Part shown: positions 59,165 through 64,000 of the stretch, in pieces | Numbering within the stretch: position 1 is the first letter of the stretch | Layout: each line of letters begins with the position of its first letter | Source of the DNA: Patescibacteria group bacterium | GTDB taxonomy: Bacteria > Patescibacteriota > Minisyncoccia > Phycocordibacterales > GCA-2747955 | Assembly: GCA_048538215.1 (NCBI GenBank) | Contig: JBLYPV010000001.1 | Location: forward strand, 254,196 to 318,195 | DNA length: 64,000 nucleotides | Direction: 5' to 3' | Translations under genes and position numbers: made by a program | Notes under the pieces: model-generated | Database searches by the model: none | What the model was told of the DNA's origin: nothing | The model's input: only the letters and a program-made list of their open reading frames with translations

Positions 59165-59431
59165 TTTGCCTTCCAGTCTTCCAAAAATTCTTCACAAAGC
59201 CCTTTTAAGAAGTAGGGGCTTTGTTCATCACTTTCTCCAGACTGGTGGCACCCGAGGCGCTCTCGTATACAAAGCTCGTGGTAGTTTTATACACGCTCAC
59301 ACCCCACCACCTCGCATTGGCCGCTCACTTCGTTCGCGTGGCCTGCTCTGTGGTGGGGTGCTCGCGCAGGGGGCTTCGTTTGAGTTTGTGGTATTTAAAG
59401 GTTCACGCTTCGCGCAAACCATTGAAAAATA

Positions 59432-60739
59432 TTATTTCTCCAAATCCTCTAAGTCTTGATCTAAGATTCCAAGCTGGGTCAGTAGAGCAATATGTTCGCT
59501 ATTGTTAGGGTCGTATTTCCCAATCGTAAAGGTTTCGACAACCTCACTGTTTTCTGATGCTAAAGTCCAGATTGCTCGATTACCAAAATATGACATATCT
59601 TTGGGATAAACAGCGCCCGGAGTTTTGCATGTTGTGCCTCTGAAAATACGCACACAATCATTGTAGGCAGTTGTAGCAGCTGCTTCTGGCGTGACGTCTT
59701 TTTTGGGTGATGCAAGTAGCCGATAGTCAGACATAATTTCATGAGTACGTCTGAAATCTAGTTTTTCACCAGTTATACCTTTTGCCAATGCTATGGAAAA
59801 AAATCTTGGGACTCCAGCAAATTCTTTCGCCCCAGTGACCTGTTGCTCATTGTATGTGGCTATTCCTTCTTCGGCTTTTAGATATCTATCTAAACCGAGT
59901 CCAAGCAACTGCAAACGAGAACGCTCACCATTACTTCGTCTTGCAACATGAGTTTTAATCTCGTGTTCAATCAATCCTTTCAACTTCTTTTTACTAATAT
60001 TTCTAGCAAGCAGTTTGTCTTCAGCTGGAACACGAACGACTTTATGTTCTTGACTGACGCTAAAATTCGAGATGCCTGATTCAGTATCGACAACAACTTT
60101 CCAGTCGGTTGCGTCAATTTCCTGTAACGCTTCTTCAAACGCAGCCACTGCTTCATCTACTGATTCTAGCTTTCCTGAAATATCCTCGCCCTCGGGCAAA
60201 ATTGATTTGTCAGCACCTTGACCAGCTGGTAGTGATACTTCGCTGAAAACTGCATGCAACTTTTGAGCCGCAGCTGCTTTATTAGCGTCTTCAGACGCTA
60301 AGTTAGCTTGAACCAATTCTTTTACATGTTCAAGTACATACCCAATGTCAGCAATTTCTGGCGTGCCATAGATAAAATCTGCATAGCGAGAAAACATTTT
60401 ATCGTTGCCCTCTCGTGCCGCTTTTAGCATCCGTAATGTAGCAAGAGATTCATTGATTTTTGTGCGGTATATTTTTTTTACGGCATCGTTTTTCTCTAGC
60501 TCTAAAACATCTTCTTTCAGAGCGAGTAAGGCGTGTTCTCTCTCTTCAAGATTGAAAGATTCTAATTCGGGGTAATCAAGAGTTGGGTTGTCAACTTCAC
60601 CATTCAAAAATTTCCCTTTTTCCGCTTCGCGCACCTCTTTTTTACCTGTAAGTTTTTCGTAATCTTCAAAAGCAACTTCTTCAAAACGCTTATACCAGCG
60701 ACTATCAAGCTTTTCTTCATGTGACTGTATTTTTTCCAC
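59432..60739 (-). CDS. DUF1704 family metallo(carboxy)peptidase (QEGLA/MATCAP-like)
   Basis: HEIKTHV.R..NG (HExxxH), EEGIA, R..RG, KD..Y..G. Confidence 0.8.
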   Translation of the reverse strand: MEKIQSHEEKLDSRWYKRFEEVAFEDYEKLTGKKEVREAEKGKFLNGEVDNPTLDYPELESFNLEEREHALLALKEDVLELEKNDAVKKIYRTKINESLATLRMLKAAREGNDKMFSRYADFIYGTPEIADIGYVLEHVKELVQANLASEDANKAAAAQKLHAVFSEVSLPAGQGADKSILPEGEDISGKLESVDEAVAAFEEALQEIDATDWKVVVDTESGISNFSVSQEHKVVRVPAEDKLLARNISKKKLKGLIEHEIKTHVARRSNGERSRLQLLGLGLDRYLKAEEGIATYNEQQVTGAKEFAGVPRFFSIALAKGITGEKLDFRRTHEIMSDYRLLASPKKDVTPEAAATTAYNDCVRIFRGTTCKTPGAVYPKDMSYFGNRAIWTLASENSEVVETFTIGKYDPNNSEHIALLTQLGILDQDLEDLEK

Positions 60740-60845
60740 ACATCAATTTTAGCACTATTTTAGTTGATAGAGAACCTTGTACGAATAGACTGACTGTGTA
60801 ATATTAAATTAGAAATAAATATACAAAATTAATCAAAAGTCCATT

Positions 60846-61139
60846 ATGTCATTTGAAAATATCCCGTCTCAAGAAAAACCAGTTAAATTGTCGCTGTGTG
60901 CAAAAAATATCACTACTGGTGAAGTAACGAAAGAGCCCTTAAAAGAATATAAAAATTTAGATGTTGCAAGGCAAGATTTAAAATTTGAAAGACTTAGAGG
61001 CCTAGAGGAAGGATCAGAAGAGTATGATTTAGAATCTGATGACCCAACAGAGCAAGCTTTTGCAGAACGAGAACAGGAACAATACAGACTTAATCATGAA
61101 TTTTATTTTGAAGATGAAAACGGAAATCGTGTCGAATAA
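60846..61139 (+). CDS. small acidic hypothetical protein
   Basis: 97 aa ORF with its own TATAAT promoter. Confidence 0.6.
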   Translation: MSFENIPSQEKPVKLSLCAKNITTGEVTKEPLKEYKNLDVARQDLKFERLRGLEEGSEEYDLESDDPTEQAFAEREQEQYRLNHEFYFEDENGNRVE

Positions 61140-61150
61140 CTGATTGAATT

Positions 61151-61521
61151 AGCAACCCCAAAATTTTCTTTCAACTTTTTGGCGACTTCCCCCACACCCC
61201 CTTTCGCTTTTTCTTTAAGGCAAGAAAATTTTGGGAATTGCTGCGCGAGGAACCGAGCGCCCCGAGGCGCTGAGTAGCATTGAGATAAACTCCAACGCGT
61301 ACGGTGAAATACAAAGCCACTGTGTGCTCCGCGCGTTGCTAGTGTTTGGATTGGAAATAGGTTCGAGCTTGGTACAATAAACACACCAGAATAGAACTTT
61401 CGGGTTCTAAACCAACTTTGGCATGGGCGGCGCGTAGCGCCGCCCATGCCGTTGGCGGCTCTGTGGAGCCACCAACCGAGGACGAGACAACCACGCGACG
61501 GCCGCTGAGGCGGAGGTGCGA
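61151..61521 (-). repeat. inverted, intact attP-like junction (IR-A copy 61151..61386 + IR-B copy 61384..61521, overlapping at the GTG core)
   Basis: On the minus strand it reads as the recombinase 3' end ...ESSILV-CLLYQARTYFQSKH*, joining the element's right end to its left end. Confidence 0.9.
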
Positions 61522-61588
61522 CATCAGAAGCGATTAAACATAGTATTTGCTTTGATACAAAAGGAATTTTTCTTGCTAGAATAACAAA

Positions 61589-61679
61589 GTTGAATCCATT
61601 ATTAGAAAAGTTGGCAGAAATGGCTATTTTGGCTTTCTAGCTTTTCGTTAGGATTCAACACCAAAATAGCCATTTCTGC
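61589..61679 (+). promoter_or_regulatory. structured leader of the recombinase with mutually exclusive pairings
   Basis: GTTGAATCC/GGATTCAAC and the 19-bp GCAGAAATGGCTATTTTGG/CCAAAATAGCCATTTCTGC are interleaved; extended -10 TGCTAGAAT upstream. Confidence 0.55.
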
Positions 61680-61697
61680 TTTTTAAGTTCTTTAGTT

Positions 61698-63272
61698 ATG
61701 AAAGAAAAATTCTTTTTGTACGCTCGCAAGTCCACTGATGTCGAGGATAAGCAGGTGATGTCAATTGATGCTCAGTTGGTGGAATTGCGTACATTTGCCC
61801 GTGAGCAAGGGCTAGAGATTGTTGAAGAGTTTGTCGAAAAACAGTCAGCCAAAAAGCTAGGCCGTCCTATCTTTGGGCAAATGCTCTCGCGCATCGAGCA
61901 AGGTGAAGCGTCCGGTATAGTCTCCTGGGCGCCAGACCGTTTAGCTCGTAACTCCGTTGACGGTGGGCAGATTATCCACCTCCTCGACACGTGTGTTCTT
62001 GCGAGTCTCAAGTTCCCGACCTTTTGGTGTGACAACACTTCACAAGGAAAGTTTATGTTGAGCATGGCGTTCGGGCAAAGCAAATACTATGTTGATTCTC
62101 TTTCCGAGAATACGAAACGTGGGCTCAGGCAAAAAGTCCGCTTGGGGCATTGTCCAAGCAAAGCTCCAATCGGATATATCAATGACGTTCGGACTAAAAC
62201 CATCGTTCCAGACAAGAAGCGTGCTCCGATTATTAAAAGAGTGTTTGAGTTATACGCAGTTGGAGACATGCGGCTAGAAGATGTGGCGGACTTTTTCGCC
62301 CAGCACCACGTTACCACCCGTACCGGCAAGAGAATCTCCAAGACTAGAGCGTCTTTTATCCTCTCCAATCCTTTTTATGTTGGATTGTTTAAGTACGGCG
62401 GCGAAGTATATGAAGGCAAGCATGAGCCAATCATCGCAAAGCCACTGTTTGATGAAGCGCAGGCGGTACTCAAAAAGAGAGGTCAGCCAGACCGCAAACC
62501 CAAGAATGAACCGCAACCATACTGCGGACTAATAACCTGCGCTTCCTGCGGGATGATGATAACGGCCGAGAACAAAACGAAGCGACAGAAGAATGGAAAT
62601 ACACACCACTACGTGTATTATCGCTGTACCAAGAAACACAAGAATATTCATTGCCAAGAGAAGTCGCTTCGTTCTGAAGTTCTCGACTCCCAGTTATCAT
62701 CCCTTATCAAAGCAGTGGCTTTGCCCACCGACTGGGCAACCAAACTCAATCAAATGGCTAAAGATGAACACGCACAGTCTAGCCAGTCGGTGTCACAGCT
62801 CGTGAAAGAGAGGCGGCAAGAAATACAAAACAATACTATTAAACTAGACCGCCTTTTAACTGGATATCTAGAGCAAGTTATAGACGAGTTAGATTATCGA
62901 AAAGAAAAAGCCAAGTTACTATCCGAAAAGAAGAGTCTGGAGTCTGAAATAGCTTCTCTTTCACACGCTGTGAATGATTGGCTCGCACCTTTCCAAGACT
63001 GGCTAAAAGACGCTCAGAACTTGGACGAAATCGCTTCTGATTGCAACCTTTTTACGAGAAAGGTTGCCGCCAAAGAAATCTTTGGCTCGCACCTCCGCCT
63101 CAGCGGCCGTCGCGTGGTTGTCTCGTCCTCGGTTGGTGGCTCCACAGAGCCGCCAACGGCATGGGCGGCGCTACGCGCCGCCCATGCCAAAGTTGGTTTA
63201 GAACCCGAAAGTTCTATTCTGGTGCCCAGGGCGGGAATCGAACCCGCACCGCCATTGGCGACAAGATTTTAA
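61698..63272 (+). CDS. large serine recombinase (resolvase + recombinase + Zn-ribbon + coiled coil)
   Basis: YARKST catalytic motif, DRLARN, NPFY.G, HEPII, C..CG...YY.C. Confidence 0.95.
   Translation: MKEKFFLYARKSTDVEDKQVMSIDAQLVELRTFAREQGLEIVEEFVEKQSAKKLGRPIFGQMLSRIEQGEASGIVSWAPDRLARNSVDGGQIIHLLDTCVLASLKFPTFWCDNTSQGKFMLSMAFGQSKYYVDSLSENTKRGLRQKVRLGHCPSKAPIGYINDVRTKTIVPDKKRAPIIKRVFELYAVGDMRLEDVADFFAQHHVTTRTGKRISKTRASFILSNPFYVGLFKYGGEVYEGKHEPIIAKPLFDEAQAVLKKRGQPDRKPKNEPQPYCGLITCASCGMMITAENKTKRQKNGNTHHYVYYRCTKKHKNIHCQEKSLRSEVLDSQLSSLIKAVALPTDWATKLNQMAKDEHAQSSQSVSQLVKERRQEIQNNTIKLDRLLTGYLEQVIDELDYRKEKAKLLSEKKSLESEIASLSHAVNDWLAPFQDWLKDAQNLDEIASDCNLFTRKVAAKEIFGSHLRLSGRRVVVSSSVGGSTEPPTAWAALRAAHAKVGLEPESSILVPRAGIEPAPPLATRF
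63087..63224 (+). repeat. 138-bp inverted repeat B (partner 61384..61521)
   Basis: Reverse complement by eye; encodes SHLRLSGRR...ESSILV in both copies. Confidence 0.95.
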
Positions 63273-63305
63273 GTCTTGCGTGTCTACCAATTCCACCACC
63301 TGGGC
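63220..63305 (-). tRNA. tRNA-Leu(TAA)
   Basis: GCCCAGG..CCTGGGC-ACCA, anticodon arm CAAGA-CTTAAAA-TCTTG, long variable arm. Confidence 0.95.
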
Positions 63306-63330
63306 ATATTATATTGTTGAAAGTATAGAA

Positions 63331-63394
63331 GCGGGAATCGAACTCGCTCGTGGCGGCAATCTGTGGAATCAGACAGACCGCTGTGGTCTGCAAA
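63331..63394 (-). repeat. degenerate partial copy of the tRNA-Cys 3' half
   Basis: 63331..63356 matches 63432..63457 with one mismatch; anticodon-arm pieces adjacent. Confidence 0.7.
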
Positions 63395-63423
63395 TATCTC
63401 CCTCGTCGAAAAATAGTTGCAGG

Positions 63424-63495
63424 AGGCGTAGGCGGGAATCGAACCCGCTCGTGGCGGTTTTGCAGACCGCAGTGTTCCCACTTCACCACTACGCC
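63424..63495 (-). tRNA. tRNA-Cys(GCA)
   Basis: GGCGTAG..CTACGCC-T (U73), anticodon arm GCGGT-CTGCAAA-ACCGC. Confidence 0.93.
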
Positions 63496-63620
63496 ATAGG
63501 ATGAACACTCTCGTGTTCGTTTCGGGATTATACCAGAAATATCCAGAAATCGTACAGCTTTAATTAATCACATTTTTTGCTATAATCCTGGTGCGTTTGA
63601 TATCGACGCAATCAAACTAT

Positions 63621-63693
63621 CCCCTTGTAGCTCAGTTGGTAGAGCAGCAGCCTCTTAAGCTGACGGTCCTAGGTTCGAATCCTAGCGGGGGGA
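63621..63693 (+). tRNA. tRNA-Lys(CTT)
   Basis: CCCCTTG..CGGGGGG-A, anticodon loop CTCTTAA. Confidence 0.9.
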
Positions 63694-63744
63694 CTCAAAA
63701 TAAAACTCAGGAGCTAAGCTCCTGAGTTTTATTTTGAGTCCCCC
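63688..63744. repeat. 28-bp-arm perfect inverted repeat overlapping the tRNA-Lys 3' end (bidirectional terminator-like)
   Basis: GGGGGACTCAAAATAAAACTCAGGAGCT-A-AGCTCCTGAGTTTTATTTTGAGTCCCCC. Confidence 0.85.
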
Positions 63745-63752
63745 TTATAATA

Positions 63753-64000
63753 TTACAATCCAAGCACCTGACTAATTGCGACTTCGTCAAAGCCCACAAT
63801 GTACTGAGCTTCTCCTCCTTCACTAGATTTGATTTCGGTCACTGGTACTCCCATTTGCCCTGATGCCTCCACGATGTGATCTCGAGCCTGGGCATCCTCT
63901 GATACATCTATTGCCCTATACTCTACTCCTTTCTCGTTTAAGAAATTTTTGAGCATATTACAGTAGGTACAAGTGGGTGTCGTATATACATTTACTTCTG
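63753..64000 (-). CDS. glutaredoxin/NrdH-like protein (5' end beyond window)
   Basis: VYTTPTCTYC, SGQMGVPV, IVGFD. Confidence 0.9.
   Translation of the reverse strand, partial: EVNVYTTPTCTYCNMLKNFLNEKGVEYRAIDVSEDAQARDHIVEASGQMGVPVTEIKSSEGGEAQYIVGFDEVAISQVLGL

Larger units (their letters stand above)
58929..63224. mobile_element. 4.3 kb integrative element at the tRNA-Leu 3' end (large serine recombinase)
   Basis: Left junction ttctaGTG|tgtttattgtacc; right junction ttctgGTG|cccagggcgg (tRNA). The recombinase ORF reads into the tRNA. Confidence 0.8.

Noticed and set aside
58931-59508. ORFs 58931..59215, 59154..59459, 59221..59508 and 61103..61447
   Set aside because: They are shadow ORFs over repeat or structured DNA. 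Only the short recombinase tail (61339..61521, minus strand) is meaningful.
63041-63508. Several short ORFs overlapping the tRNAs
   Set aside because: Explained by the tRNA-Leu and tRNA-Cys sequence.
1-64000. CRISPR array, rRNA, reverse transcriptase or DGR template repeat
   Set aside because: I saw no regularly spaced repeats, no rRNA-like sequence, no RT motifs and no second copy of the pilin 3' end.

Overview
This is an AT-rich bacterial chromosome segment, most likely Patescibacteria/CPR (Parcubacteria-like). The inference rests on the missing rpmD/L30 in the spc cluster, a split transketolase, many apparently leaderless genes, type IV pilus/competence genes and serine-recombinase elements at tRNA ends. 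The backbone is housekeeping: murF, ddl, uvrC, obgE, secA, recG, scpB, rplY, the rpsN-rpsH-rplF-rplR-rpsE-rplO-secY-adk-map block, pilM, comF, gap, pheA, uvrA, pepF, sod, tkt, rpe, tyrS and hisS, plus six tRNA genes (Ala, Ile-UAU, Asn, Leu, Cys, Lys). Five observations stand out. (1) A 4.3 kb large-serine-recombinase element is integrated in the 3' end of tRNA-Leu. It also carries an internal, inverted, intact copy of its own attP, creating two nested invertible segments, one of which would swap the recombinase C-terminus. (2) Integrase-less cassettes are stacked behind tRNA-Ala, delimited by attP-arm-like repeats, and carry an Ltp-like protein, DUF2726 and an actinobacterial-type DUF397. (3) Two textbook leader-peptide attenuators, one Leu-rich and one Ile-rich, precede orphan genes. 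(4) A type IV pilin has a DUF1566/C-lectin tip with hallmarks of a diversity-generating retroelement (DGR) variable repeat, and a poly-G tract in its promoter. (5) There are several stand-alone structured RNA candidates and a RAYT/REP system. All calls come from reading the sequence; no database search or folding program was run.
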